DNA of 64,000 nt from an uncultured Collinsella sp. (GTDB lineage: Bacteria; Actinomycetota; Coriobacteriia; Coriobacteriales; Coriobacteriaceae): the NCBI GenBank assembly GCA_902469665.1, contig CABRDE010000060.1:22171-86170 (forward strand), written 5' to 3'. Under the pieces are notes generated by a model that worked only from the letters and a program-made list of their open reading frames with translations, searched no databases and was not told the DNA's origin. Positions 30,838 through 41,766 of this stretch are shown in pieces. Positions within the stretch are counted from its first letter, which is position 1, and every line of letters begins with the position of its first letter. The translations under genes were made by a program, and so were the position numbers.

Positions 30838-31779
30838 ATGGCAGACGTCAAAAAAATCGCCACGCGCGTAAGCTACGGCGAGGCCCTCGTCGAGCTCGCC
30901 AACGAGCACGATGACTTTGTGGTCCTCGACGCCGACCTGGCCGCCGCCACGCAGACCGGCAAGTTCAAGGCCGCCTGCCCCGATCGTTTCTTCGATGTGG
31001 GCATTGCCGAGAGCAACCTGATGGGCGTCGCCGCCGGTATCGCGACCACCGGCCGCGTTGCCTTCGCGAGCACCTTTGCCATGTTTGCCGCCGGCCGCGC
31101 CTTTGAGCAGGTCCGTAACTCCATCGGCTACCCGCATCTCAACGTTAAGATTGGCGCCACGCACGCCGGTATCTCGGTGGGCGAGGACGGCGCCACACAC
31201 CAGTGCTGCGAGGATATCGCCCTGATGCGCGTCATCCCCGGCATGACCGTTATCGTTCCTGCCGACGACGTGGAGGCCCGCGCCGTGACGCGCGCCGCCT
31301 ACGAGTGCGACGGTCCGGTGTACATGCGCTTCGCTCGTTTGGCCTCGCCGGTTATCAACGACCCCGAGACCTACAAGTTCGAGTTGGGTAAGGGCATTGT
31401 CATGCGCGAGGGCGCCGATGTGACCATCATTGCCTGCGGCCTGATGGTCGGCGAGGCTCTCGAGGCCGCCGAGCAGCTCGCTGCCGAGGGCATCGACGCC
31501 GAGGTCATCAACATGCACACCATCAAGCCCATCGATGCCGACCTGATCGTCAAGAGCGCCACCAAGACCGGTCACGTCGTGACCGTCGAGGAGCACTCTG
31601 TGATCGGTGGCCTGGGCAGCGCCGTTGCCGACGTCCTGTGCGAGCAGTGCCCGACGTCGCTCAAGAAGATCGGCGTCAACGACACCTTCGGTGAGTCTGG
31701 CCCGGGTGCCGAGCTCTTGCACAAGTATGGCCTGGACGCCGCCAACATCGTGGCGACCACCAAGGAGTTCTTGGCATAA
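30838..31779 (+). CDS. Transketolase, C-terminal (pyrimidine-binding) subunit
   Basis: Start at ATG 30838 overlaps the upstream stop. Sequence is a typical TktB. Confidence 0.9.
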   Translation: MADVKKIATRVSYGEALVELANEHDDFVVLDADLAAATQTGKFKAACPDRFFDVGIAESNLMGVAAGIATTGRVAFASTFAMFAAGRAFEQVRNSIGYPHLNVKIGATHAGISVGEDGATHQCCEDIALMRVIPGMTVIVPADDVEARAVTRAAYECDGPVYMRFARLASPVINDPETYKFELGKGIVMREGADVTIIACGLMVGEALEAAEQLAAEGIDAEVINMHTIKPIDADLIVKSATKTGHVVTVEEHSVIGGLGSAVADVLCEQCPTSLKKIGVNDTFGESGPGAELLHKYGLDAANIVATTKEFLA

Positions 31780-31882
31780 GGCAAGACGGATCTCAAGGAC
31801 TGCTTCGTCAGAACTATAAAACTGTTTCGCCAGTACTATGGAAACCCGGCAGGGGCGCTCTCTTGGAGAGCGCCCCTGTTTC

Positions 31883-31948
31883 AGTTGCGGTGAAATAGGG
31901 ACTGTTTTGCCAGCTTAAAGGCTCAACAGTCCCTATTTCACCGCAACT
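31883..31948. repeat. Family B palindromic repeat unit
   Basis: AGTTGCGGTGAAATAGGGACTGTT-N18-AACAGTCCCTATTTCACCGCAACT with perfect 24 bp arms. Copies also at 45807-45873 and 59777-59843. Confidence 0.8.
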
Positions 31949-32304
31949 TATGAAGACGCCCCTCAAGCACGGTCCCATCAGGGAAAAGGGCATATATCGG
32001 CAAAGTGCAATTCAGACCCTTCCAACTTTGTATATGCAGCACCCCAAGATAAACGCGGCGGCCCCTTAGTAGCCGCAGGCCGGGCACAGGGTTACCTCCC
32101 AAATCTTTCCGCAGGACGGAGGAGCCCCCGCCGCGCGAAGCGCGCAGCGGGGGCTCCGACACGTCCGAGGACGATTTGGAGAGTAACCCTGTGCCCGGCC
32201 GACGGGATCTCTAAGCACGCCATGCTTCTTATGTGCAGCAAAGCTAATGCTGCTAAAATACAAAGCGCTCATGTAGTTTAAACGCACGACGATAAGGAGC
32301 ACCA

Positions 32305-33525
32305 GTGGGTAACCACTTCCGTACCTCCGGTGCGGGCGATGATGCCCCCAAGACGCAGGCAGGCGTCCAGGGCAGTCGTTTCGCCACTCCGGATTCAGAG
32401 GGCCAGCCTGTTGCTCAGGCCCCCGCTCAGCCGGCAGATCAGGCACAGCCGGCATCCGATCCCTTTGCCTACAATCCAACCAGCGATGTCGCGCTTTCCG
32501 GTGCGGCGGGTTTTGAGCCCGTTCAGGCCGTGACCGCTCGCGTGGAGCAGCCTCAGGCTGGTGCCGCCACGCCGCAGCCTACCATGGCCGGCATTCCCGA
32601 CCCCTTGGCCCCTGCGACGCCGGCTCCTCAGCCTGCGCAGTCCGGTCTCTTTGCCGCTATTCCCGACCCCACGCAGCCTGCTGCCCCGGTGGTCGAGAGC
32701 GATCAGGCAGCCGAGGTCGCAAGCCTCGATAACGCGCTCAACAACCCCGATTTTACGTCGGTGTTTGCGCCCATCGATCCGCAGGCCAGCCGCAAGAAGA
32801 TGGCCAAGCAGGCCGGTGTCGAGCCCGTCATCCTTATGGAGCATGTCACCAAGATCTATCCGGCACAGCCCAACAAGCCTGCACTCGACGACATCAACAT
32901 CGAGATCTATCCGGGCGAGTTCGTCTTCCTGGTCGGTCACTCCGGCTCGGGTAAGACCACGCTGCTGTCGACGCTCAACCGTGACGTCAAGCCGACGAGC
33001 GGCCGCATCCTGGTTGCCGGTCAGGACCTCATGAAGATCAAGAACCGCAAGGTTCCGTTCCTGCGCCGCCAGATTGGCGCCGTGTTCCAGGACTTTAAGC
33101 TTCTGCCGCAAAAGACCGCCTACGAAAACGTGGCGTTTGCCCTGCAGTGCATCGGCAAGCCCAAGGGCGTCATTCGCAGCCAGGTGCCCGAGGTGCTGCG
33201 TCTGGTCGGCCTGGCCGATCAGATGGACTCGCTGCCCGACCAGCTTTCCGGTGGCGAGCAGCAGCGCGTTGCCGTCGCCCGCGCTATGGTCAACCGTCCG
33301 CCGCTGCTGATCTGCGACGAGCCGACGGGCAACCTCGACCCGGCGATCTCGCTGGGCATCATGAAGCTGCTCGAGCGTATTAACCGCACCGGCACCACCG
33401 TGATCGTCGCCACGCACGACCGCGAGATGGTCGATAGCATGCACCGTCGCGTGATCGCCCTCGAGGGCGGCCACGTTATTCGCGACCAGGAGAGGGGAGG
33501 TTACGGCAACTATGGCACCAACTAA
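32305..33525 (+). CDS. ftsE: Cell division ATP-binding protein FtsE with a roughly 175 aa Pro/Ala/Gln-rich N-terminal extension
   Basis: The C-terminal 230 aa form a canonical FtsE ABC ATPase (GHSGSGKTT, LSGGEQQR, LLICDEP). AAGGAG RBS lies 6 nt before GTG 32305. Internal ATGs at 32800 and 32836 lack an RBS. Confidence 0.8.
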   Translation: MGNHFRTSGAGDDAPKTQAGVQGSRFATPDSEGQPVAQAPAQPADQAQPASDPFAYNPTSDVALSGAAGFEPVQAVTARVEQPQAGAATPQPTMAGIPDPLAPATPAPQPAQSGLFAAIPDPTQPAAPVVESDQAAEVASLDNALNNPDFTSVFAPIDPQASRKKMAKQAGVEPVILMEHVTKIYPAQPNKPALDDINIEIYPGEFVFLVGHSGSGKTTLLSTLNRDVKPTSGRILVAGQDLMKIKNRKVPFLRRQIGAVFQDFKLLPQKTAYENVAFALQCIGKPKGVIRSQVPEVLRLVGLADQMDSLPDQLSGGEQQRVAVARAMVNRPPLLICDEPTGNLDPAISLGIMKLLERINRTGTTVIVATHDREMVDSMHRRVIALEGGHVIRDQERGGYGNYGTN

Positions 33526-34432
33526 CGTGGGCTACTCCTTCAAAGAGGCAATCAGCCACTTCTTCCGTAACTGGACTACCTCGCTCGGCGCCGTCATCAC
33601 GATCTTCCTTTCGCTGTTTATCATCGGCCTGTTCATCATGGGCTCCGCGATGCTGAACTCCGTGATCGGCACCGTCGAGGATCAGGTTGTCATCAACGCG
33701 TTCATTAGCGATGACGCCGATCAGGCCGATGTTCAGGCTTTTGAGGCCGAGCTTAAGACATGGAATAACGTCAAGTCCGTGACCTATAAGGACAAGGACG
33801 ACGCGCTGGCCGAGTATACGAGCAAGATGTCGGGCAACGCCGACGCCACCATGAGCGCACTCGATGGCCAGAACCCGCTGCCGGCTTCCTTCGCTATTGA
33901 GATGGACGATCCGTCCAAGGTCGAAAGCACGGCCGAGAAGCTCAAGAAGGATGCCGATTTCCAGAAGATCGCGGATGACGGCGACGTCAACGCGAGCGTG
34001 CTGTACGGCCAGGAGGAAGTGAGCCGCCTGTTCCAGGTGACCAACTACATCCGCATCGCCGCCGTGGTGCTCGTTGGCCTTCTGACCTTTATCGCATTCA
34101 TCTTCATCAACAACACGATTCGCCTGTCCATCACGGCGCGTCGTCGTGAGATTGCGATTATGCGTCTGGTCGGCGCCAGCAACGGCTTCATTCGCGGCCC
34201 GTTTATCACCGAGGGCGTGCTGCAGGCCATTTTGGGCTCGCTGCTTTCCATCGGCGTTCTTGAGCTGCTGCGCAATCTGATGATTCCGCGTCTGCAGGAG
34301 AGCATCGGCTGGATGTCGTTTGCCCTGCCGATGCAGTACTACCTGGTGACCTATGCTGCGCTGATTCTGGTCGGCGTGATTATCGGTCTCTTTGGTTCTG
34401 CCATCGCCATGCGCCGCTACCTGCGCGTGTAG
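33512..34432 (+). CDS. ftsX: Cell division permease FtsX
   Basis: 4 TM helices with a periplasmic loop. Overlaps the ftsE stop. Confidence 0.85.
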   Translation: MAPTNVGYSFKEAISHFFRNWTTSLGAVITIFLSLFIIGLFIMGSAMLNSVIGTVEDQVVINAFISDDADQADVQAFEAELKTWNNVKSVTYKDKDDALAEYTSKMSGNADATMSALDGQNPLPASFAIEMDDPSKVESTAEKLKKDADFQKIADDGDVNASVLYGQEEVSRLFQVTNYIRIAAVVLVGLLTFIAFIFINNTIRLSITARRREIAIMRLVGASNGFIRGPFITEGVLQAILGSLLSIGVLELLRNLMIPRLQESIGWMSFALPMQYYLVTYAALILVGVIIGLFGSAIAMRRYLRV

Positions 34433-34567
34433 GCATGCCTGGAACTCATCCCTTCCAACGGGTCGTCTCTTATGGGGCGGCCCGTTTTTTGATCCCTAGG
34501 GGACGGCAGGAAAGCGAATCATTTGGGTAGACTCTTTGGAGTTCGCAATCGATAGTTAGGAGGCGCC

Positions 34568-36703
34568 ATGGGGCGCAATAACAAGCATAAGCGTGGAGCT
34601 CGCAATAAGCGCGGGCCGGTGCGCAGCGAACGCCGTCCGAGCCTGACCGGGCGCGTGCAGCTCCATGAGCACAGTGCCTATGTCATAACCGAGAATGGCG
34701 ACTACAAGGTCATGGGTCGCGGCAAGCGTGAGATCATGGACGGCGATACCGTTGCCGTGAGCATTAAGAACAGCCCGCACGGTGAGCGGCGCGCCGTGAT
34801 CGAGGGTGTGGTTGAGCGCGCAGCCATAAGCGTAGTGGGTACGTACCAGACCGCCGGTCCGCTCGGTGTGATTGAGCCGCTCGATTCGCGTTTGAAGGCC
34901 GACTTCTTCATTCTGCCCGAGGATACCTCGGCGGATCGTCTGGGCGTTCACCCGGGTGATGCTGTTGTCGCGCGCATTTTGACCTACCCGACGCGCCTGG
35001 AATCGGGCACCGTGACGATCGAGCGCCGCATTGGCGGAGATGACGCGCCCGATTTGGGCGTTCAATATGTGATGGCGCGTTACGGCTATACCGATAGCTA
35101 TCCCGAGGCCGCGCTAGACGAGGCCGAGGGGCTTTCGCTCGATGTGTCCGCGGCGCTTAAGGACCCGCTCCGCCGCGATCTGCGCGACCGCTTTGTCATC
35201 ACGATCGACCCGGTCGACGCGCGCGACTTTGACGATGCCATTTCGCTGGAGCGCACGCCCGAGGGCGGCTATAAGCTGGGTGTGCATATCGCCGACGTTT
35301 CACACTATGTGGCTTGGGACGGGCATATCGATCTTGAGGCTCGCCATCGCACGACATCGGTGTATCTGGCCGATCGCGTGCTTCCCATGCTGCCCAAACG
35401 CCTGTCCTGTGACCTGTGCTCGCTTCGCCCTGACGAGGACCGTCTTGCGTTTACCGTTGACATTGAGCTCGATGCGCAGGGTCGCGTGCGGCATTACGAT
35501 CCGTACCCCAGCGTGATTCGCTCGCGTGTGCGTATGGACTATGACGGCGCCGAGGCGCTGCTGGTGCGTGCCGGTGCGGTTGAGTATTCGGTGCTGGAGG
35601 GCGCGGCTGAGGATGTTGCGGCTGCTGAGGCCTCGCGCGAGGAAGCGCTTGAGCGCGGTCTTGCGTGCGAGGAGGTCGCCCGCGGCTACAATGTCGACCT
35701 CGGCGATTTCCTTGTCGCCGCCAACGAACTCGCCGAACTTCGCCGTCGTATTCGTCGCGCCCGCGGCTCAGTCGATTTTGACACGGCCGAGATTCGCGCT
35801 CTGTTGGATGAGGACGGAGTGCCCGTGCAGATTGTGGCGCGTGAGCGTTCGTGTGCCACGTCGCTTATCGAGGAAGCCATGCTGCTCGCCAACGAGTGCG
35901 TTGCAGAGTGGCTGGCAGACCGTGATATCGAGGCCTGCTATCGCGTGCATGAGGATCCGAGCCCCGATAGCCTGCACGGTGCCGCCGTTGCGCTGGCGCA
36001 GCTGGGCATCATCGACGATCGCCGTGCTGCCGGTATTGCCCTGGGGAGCCCCGATGAGCTGCAGGCTGCAGTTGATGCTGCCGCCGGTACGGCCAACGCA
36101 CCGCTCGTCAACACGCTGCTTCTGCGCAGCATGCAGCGCGCGCTGTACAAGCCGCGCAACGAGGGCCACTTTGCGCTCGCCGCGCCGTGCTACTGCCACT
36201 TTACGAGTCCCATCCGTCGCTACCCCGATCTGGTGGTGCACCGCGTGCTCAAGCTGCAGTTGGCCTATGAGCAGCTCGGCGGCAAGGACGCCTTGGTCCG
36301 TACGCCGCGGCTGATCGGCAAGGGGCGCGAGTCGCTGCCGCGCATTCTGCCGCAGATCTGCCGCGCATGCAGCGATGCCGAGCGCGCGGCAGATGCCGCC
36401 AGCCATGCGACGCAAAAGATCAAGATTGCCCAGTACTATGAGGACCGTCTGGGTGAGCGCTATGCCGGAACCGTCTCGTGGGTTAGCAGCATGGGCCTCT
36501 TTGTGCGCTTGGACCTAACACAGGTCGAGGGCCTGGTTTCAATTAAGAGCCTGGGCAACGAGTGGTTCGAGTTCGACGAGGACGCGCTTACGCTGACGGG
36601 CGCCGACACGGGGACTCGCTATGAACTGGGCCAGCGCGTGATTATCGAGGTCTCGCGCGTCAATACCACGCGTGGGCACTTGGACTTTAAGCTTATCCAT
36701 TAG
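34568..36703 (+). CDS. rnr: Ribonuclease R (RNB family 3'-5' exoribonuclease)
   Basis: RNB catalytic domain (ITIDPVDARDFDDAIS) plus cold-shock and S1 domains, with a basic N-terminal tail. Confidence 0.9.
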   Translation: MGRNNKHKRGARNKRGPVRSERRPSLTGRVQLHEHSAYVITENGDYKVMGRGKREIMDGDTVAVSIKNSPHGERRAVIEGVVERAAISVVGTYQTAGPLGVIEPLDSRLKADFFILPEDTSADRLGVHPGDAVVARILTYPTRLESGTVTIERRIGGDDAPDLGVQYVMARYGYTDSYPEAALDEAEGLSLDVSAALKDPLRRDLRDRFVITIDPVDARDFDDAISLERTPEGGYKLGVHIADVSHYVAWDGHIDLEARHRTTSVYLADRVLPMLPKRLSCDLCSLRPDEDRLAFTVDIELDAQGRVRHYDPYPSVIRSRVRMDYDGAEALLVRAGAVEYSVLEGAAEDVAAAEASREEALERGLACEEVARGYNVDLGDFLVAANELAELRRRIRRARGSVDFDTAEIRALLDEDGVPVQIVARERSCATSLIEEAMLLANECVAEWLADRDIEACYRVHEDPSPDSLHGAAVALAQLGIIDDRRAAGIALGSPDELQAAVDAAAGTANAPLVNTLLLRSMQRALYKPRNEGHFALAAPCYCHFTSPIRRYPDLVVHRVLKLQLAYEQLGGKDALVRTPRLIGKGRESLPRILPQICRACSDAERAADAASHATQKIKIAQYYEDRLGERYAGTVSWVSSMGLFVRLDLTQVEGLVSIKSLGNEWFEFDEDALTLTGADTGTRYELGQRVIIEVSRVNTTRGHLDFKLIH

Positions 36704-36817
36704 CCAAATCCCGACTCATGGTGGGGGAGCGGAGGGCGGCCTTTCGGGACCGCCCTTCGCATTTGAATCGTGGCTACCTTGCCGTCTGCTCGGCCGCCCG
36801 CTTACCTGCTATTTGAG

Positions 36818-36858
36818 AGGTAAAACCTACCAAAATAAACCTGTCCCTTTTGGCAGGT
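36818..36858 (+). repeat. Second copy of the 40 bp palindromic element, 22 nt upstream of the serine recombinase gene
   Basis: AGGTAAAACCTACCAAAATAAACCTGTCCCTTTTGGCAGGT. Compare 24611-24651. A small palindrome TTACCTGCTATTTGAGAGGTAA precedes it. Confidence 0.7.
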
Positions 36859-36879
36859 TTACAAGAAAGCGGGGATGAG

Positions 36880-37485
36880 ATGGCGACGGTGTACGGGTAT
36901 GCGCGGGTGAGTTCGCGCGATCAGAATCTGAATCGGCAGCTGGATGCGCTGGGCGCCTATGGCGTGGGCTCAGCGAATATTTATGCCGACCATGCGAGCG
37001 GCAAGGACTTCGATCGACCGCATTATCGCGAGCTGTTGCACGTCCTGGGAGACGGGGACGTGCTGGTGGTGCTTTCTATCGACCGACTTGGCCGTAATTA
37101 CTCCGAGATTCTTGAGGAATGGCGACGCATTACCAAGGAGCTCGGGGTTGCCATTGTGGTGTTGGACATGCCATTGCTTGACACGCGCGCTAGGGCCAGC
37201 GGCGCGCCGGATGTGACCAACACCCTGATTGCCGATATTGTGCTGCAACTGCTGAGCTACGTGGCGCAGGTGGAGCGCGAGAATATCCATCGGCGCCAGG
37301 CGGAGGGAATTGCAGCGGCGCGGGCGCGAGGGGTTCGTTTCGGTCGACCTCGCAAGCCGTGCCCTCCTCAGTTTGAGCTGGTGCGCGATAGCTATGAGGC
37401 AGGCGATATTACCCGCAGCCAGGCAGCAAAGTGCCTGGGCGTGTGCGTGGGGACGTTCGATCGCTGGATGCGCGAGGCGGGGTAG
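36880..37485 (+). CDS. Serine recombinase (resolvase/invertase family), orphan
   Basis: N-terminal catalytic domain with YARVSS (nucleophilic Ser) and a C-terminal HTH. No adjacent transposase. Confidence 0.85.
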   Translation: MATVYGYARVSSRDQNLNRQLDALGAYGVGSANIYADHASGKDFDRPHYRELLHVLGDGDVLVVLSIDRLGRNYSEILEEWRRITKELGVAIVVLDMPLLDTRARASGAPDVTNTLIADIVLQLLSYVAQVERENIHRRQAEGIAAARARGVRFGRPRKPCPPQFELVRDSYEAGDITRSQAAKCLGVCVGTFDRWMREAG

Positions 37486-37589
37486 GGGTTTGCGTCGCTT
37501 TGTCGCTTCCTGTTGCGATTCAAATTTTGATACGGTGACGATGCCATTTGGGGCTACACTCGCTGATATTCAAAAAAGGAGGTTGGCCC

Positions 37590-38171
37590 TTGGCGCGCGT
37601 AAAACAAATAATCGGATGGACCGCAATTGTTCTGTTTGTTGCAACGCTGGCGGGCATCTGGGTGCTGACGGAGCAAAATGCGGTGGAGACGTCGTTGCTG
37701 AGCGAGTCTACCGCGCGTGTGGTGGAGGGCCAGGCTACGGGCGTTCAGGCTGCCGATGCCACGGGTGAAGCTCAGGCGGAGAACGGAATGACCGGGGGCA
37801 CCGATTCGGCTGCCTCGAATGTCCGGTCTGGCCGACTTGCTTCCATTCGCATGTGGGTGGGCACGAACGTCCGTCGCGTTGCCCATACCGTAGAGTTTTT
37901 CTTCGTCGGATTGTTCGCCTCCGTGGTCGTGGTTTGCTTTTCCAGGCGTCCGTGGAGCGTATGCTCCCGTTGCGTGCCCGTATTGCTCTTTTGCGCCGCC
38001 TGCTCCGTTGGCGATCAGGTACATAAGATCTTTGTTCCCGGCAGGCATTTCGACGTTATCGATTTAGGATTCGATGCTGCGGGCTATGTCACCGCCATGC
38101 TGTTGGTATTGCTGGCGGCGGCGTTGGTGCGCCATGCGACTCGGCCGATCGGCGCCCATGCGAGGCGCTAG
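37590..38171 (+). CDS. VanZ-like family membrane protein
   Basis: C-terminal GDQVHKIFVPGRHFDVIDLGFDAAGY resembles the VanZ signature. TTG start with AAGGAGG RBS. Low-complexity middle region. Confidence 0.5.
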   Translation: MARVKQIIGWTAIVLFVATLAGIWVLTEQNAVETSLLSESTARVVEGQATGVQAADATGEAQAENGMTGGTDSAASNVRSGRLASIRMWVGTNVRRVAHTVEFFFVGLFASVVVVCFSRRPWSVCSRCVPVLLFCAACSVGDQVHKIFVPGRHFDVIDLGFDAAGYVTAMLLVLLAAALVRHATRPIGAHARR

Positions 38172-38375
38172 CCGGTAACAAACCCGTTTCTGATAATGCG
38201 GCCTCGTTGAATTATTTTGTGTCGCGCGTATTTCCGAGCGGTCGGATTTGAGGGGCGAGCGGTAGAACGCTCGCCCTTTGTGCGCCACGATGCGGCACAA
38301 TGTACCGCAAAAGCTGTTTGTATCCGGTACGAATCGTTCGTTGGTCTTTAATTCTTCTCAACGGAGGTGTTTGAG

Positions 38376-39227
38376 ATGGCAAACGGATTGCTTTTGCGGC
38401 TTCGCGAGCGTGAGCTCAGCGCGAGCCCGGCGGAACGCAATGTCATCGCATATGTAAGCGCTCATCCGCACGAGGTGGTCGGGCTGTCCGTCCGCGGTCT
38501 TGCCGATGTCACGTTCTCCTCGCCCTCGAGCATTTTGCGCTTTTGCAAGCGTTTGGGTTTTGCGGGCTACAAGGAGTTCCAGCGCGAACTGATTGCCGAG
38601 CTGGCGCTCTTAGGTGACAAGAAAGACGTAGCCCTCGAGGACATCTCCATGGATGACAGCGTCGAACGTATCGTGGGGAAGGTGATGAAAAGCAACGTGC
38701 GCACGATCGAGGCGACGGCGCGAACGCTCGATTACACCGTCTTGGAGCGATGCGCGGCCCGTCTTAAGCGGGCACGCGCGGTCAATCTGTTCGGTATTGG
38801 TGCCTCACGTTTGGTCGCGCACGACCTGGCGCAAAAGCTCATGCGTGTCGACAAAGAGTGCCATCTGTACGACGACTGGCATGATCAGCTCTTATGTGCC
38901 AAGAACATGCATGAGGGCGATATGGCAATCGCCTTTAGCTACTCGGGCTTGACGCAAGAGGTGCTGGACTGCACCGCCGAGGCTCAACGTCACAACTGTC
39001 CCGTTGTGGCCGTTACCAAAGTAGATGGATCATCCAAGCTTGCCACCATGGCCGATGCCGTGCTCGGCGTTGCTGCGAGTGAACCCTTGGTCCGCAGCGG
39101 TGCCATGGCTTCGCGTATGGCCCAGCTTATGGTTGTCGATGCCCTGTACGCTGCTTACGTTGCCAGCGACTACGAACGGGCGACGCATGTCATTAAGCAA
39201 AACTACATCGAGAAACAGGAAAGATGA
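38376..39227 (+). CDS. murR: MurR/RpiR-family transcriptional regulator (HTH plus SIS domain)
   Basis: N-terminal RpiR HTH and C-terminal SIS domain. Sits upstream of murQ and murP. Confidence 0.75.
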   Translation: MANGLLLRLRERELSASPAERNVIAYVSAHPHEVVGLSVRGLADVTFSSPSSILRFCKRLGFAGYKEFQRELIAELALLGDKKDVALEDISMDDSVERIVGKVMKSNVRTIEATARTLDYTVLERCAARLKRARAVNLFGIGASRLVAHDLAQKLMRVDKECHLYDDWHDQLLCAKNMHEGDMAIAFSYSGLTQEVLDCTAEAQRHNCPVVAVTKVDGSSKLATMADAVLGVAASEPLVRSGAMASRMAQLMVVDALYAAYVASDYERATHVIKQNYIEKQER

Positions 39228-39237
39228 GGTGAATGAA

Positions 39238-40161
<924 letters not shown>

Positions 40162-40218
40162 GTGCGCGGCGTGAGCTGATATGACATCCAAACGAGATAC
40201 CCAATACAAGGAGGAGTT

Positions 40219-41649
40219 ATGACAAACAAAGAGCTGGCTCAAAAGCTGCTGGACCTTTTGGGCGGTAAAGACAACGTGCTGGCAAACGCGGCGTGCATGA
40301 CGCGCCTGCGCGTGACCGTCAAAGACGCGGGCAACGTCGACACGGAGGGCATTAAGGCACTCGACGGCGTGATGGGCCTGGTCGAGGACGACACGATGCA
40401 GATCGTGCTGGGTCCGGGCAAGGTGAATAAGGTGCTCGAGGAGTTCTCCAAGCTCACTGGCCTTGCGAAAGGCGTTGCCGATGAGAGCGTGGTTGACGCT
40501 GCGGCCACAAACAAGGCCGCGCAGAAGGCCAAGTACGAGTCTAAGCCGGTTCAGGCCTTCCTCAAGAAGATTTCCAATGTCTTCGTCGCCCTGCTTCCCG
40601 GCATCATTGCGGCTGGCCTCATCAACGGTATCTGCAACGTCATTAACGTTTCGACGGCAGGCGCGCTTGCAGGCGAGTGGTGGTACCAGGGCATTCGTTC
40701 CATGGGCTGGGCCCTGTTTGCCTATCTGCCCATCTTGGTGGGCTATAACGCGGCACGTGAGTTTGGTGGTTCCGCTGCGCTGGGCGGCATCGCCGGCATG
40801 ATGTGCATCGCCAACAGTGCCATGCCCCTGCTTGCGCCTGGCGCGGCTGATCCTGCCACTGCCATTCTGCTGCCGCTCACCAATGCGCAGTACAACCCCG
40901 CAGCGGGCGGCATGATCGCGGCTCTCATCGCTGGCGCATTTTTTGCCTGGATGGAGCGTCAGATTCGCAAGATTATGCCCAACGCACTCGACACGTTCTT
41001 GTCCCCGCTGCTGGTGCTCATCATCGGCGCCTTTGCTCTGATGCTCGTCATCCAGCCGGTTGGCGCATGGCTGACGACTGCCATCTTTAGCGTTTTGACC
41101 TTTATCTTCGAGAAGCTGGGCGTCCTGGGCGGCTATATCCTGTCGGCAGGCTTCTTGCCGCTGGTGTCCGTCGGCCTGCATCAGGCGCTCACGCCGATCC
41201 ACGCTATGCTCAACGATCCCGACGGCGCTACCAAGGGTATCAATTACCTGCTTCCCATCCTTATGATGGCTGGCGGCGGCCAGGTCGGTGCCGGTTTGGC
41301 GCTGTACTTTAAGACCAAGAACGCCAAGCTCAAGAAGTACGTCGCAGAGTCCATTCCCGTTGGAATCCTGGGTGTGGGCGAGCCTCTGATGTATGCTGTT
41401 ACGCTGCCGCTCGTTCGTCCGTTTGTGACGGCCTGCCTGGGTGCCGGATTTGGCGGCGCGCTCGCGGCGCTGCTTCACATCGGCACGGTTTCTCAGGGCG
41501 TTTCCGGTCTGTTTGGCCTGCTGATCGTTGTTCCTGGCCAGCAGCTCGGCTACGTTGCCGCTATGCTGCTTGCCTATGCCGCCGGCTTTGTCCTGACGTG
41601 GTTCTTTGGCGTCGACGAGCAGAAGATCAACGAGTTCTTTGGCGAGTAG
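40219..41649 (+). CDS. murP: PTS EIIBC component, MurNAc/sucrose-type
   Basis: N-terminal EIIB with the CMTRLR phosphocysteine motif, followed by an EIIC permease. Confidence 0.8.
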   Translation: MTNKELAQKLLDLLGGKDNVLANAACMTRLRVTVKDAGNVDTEGIKALDGVMGLVEDDTMQIVLGPGKVNKVLEEFSKLTGLAKGVADESVVDAAATNKAAQKAKYESKPVQAFLKKISNVFVALLPGIIAAGLINGICNVINVSTAGALAGEWWYQGIRSMGWALFAYLPILVGYNAAREFGGSAALGGIAGMMCIANSAMPLLAPGAADPATAILLPLTNAQYNPAAGGMIAALIAGAFFAWMERQIRKIMPNALDTFLSPLLVLIIGAFALMLVIQPVGAWLTTAIFSVLTFIFEKLGVLGGYILSAGFLPLVSVGLHQALTPIHAMLNDPDGATKGINYLLPILMMAGGGQVGAGLALYFKTKNAKLKKYVAESIPVGILGVGEPLMYAVTLPLVRPFVTACLGAGFGGALAALLHIGTVSQGVSGLFGLLIVVPGQQLGYVAAMLLAYAAGFVLTWFFGVDEQKINEFFGE

Positions 41650-41716
41650 TTTGATATCGCGAGCCGTGTTGCTCGGGGCTCGCGGTGCGCGGCAGATTTC
41701 TTGATGCTATGGTTGT

Positions 41717-41750
41717 GCCGGCGGGGCTAACTGCTCCGCCGGCCTTTTTT
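41717..41750 (+). terminator. Terminator-like hairpin between murP and the DUF871 gene
   Basis: GCCGGCGGGGC-taactgct-CCGCCGGC followed by T6, only 14 nt before the next RBS. Confidence 0.6.
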
Positions 41751-41766
41751 AAAGGAGCGTTGAAGC

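Noticed and set aside
36880-37485. Serine recombinase considered as part of an intact transposon or invertible promoter switch.
   Set aside because: There is no transposase, no cargo with terminal inverted repeats, and no inverted copy of the upstream 40 bp site within the window. Only the res-like-site hypothesis is retained, as a finding.
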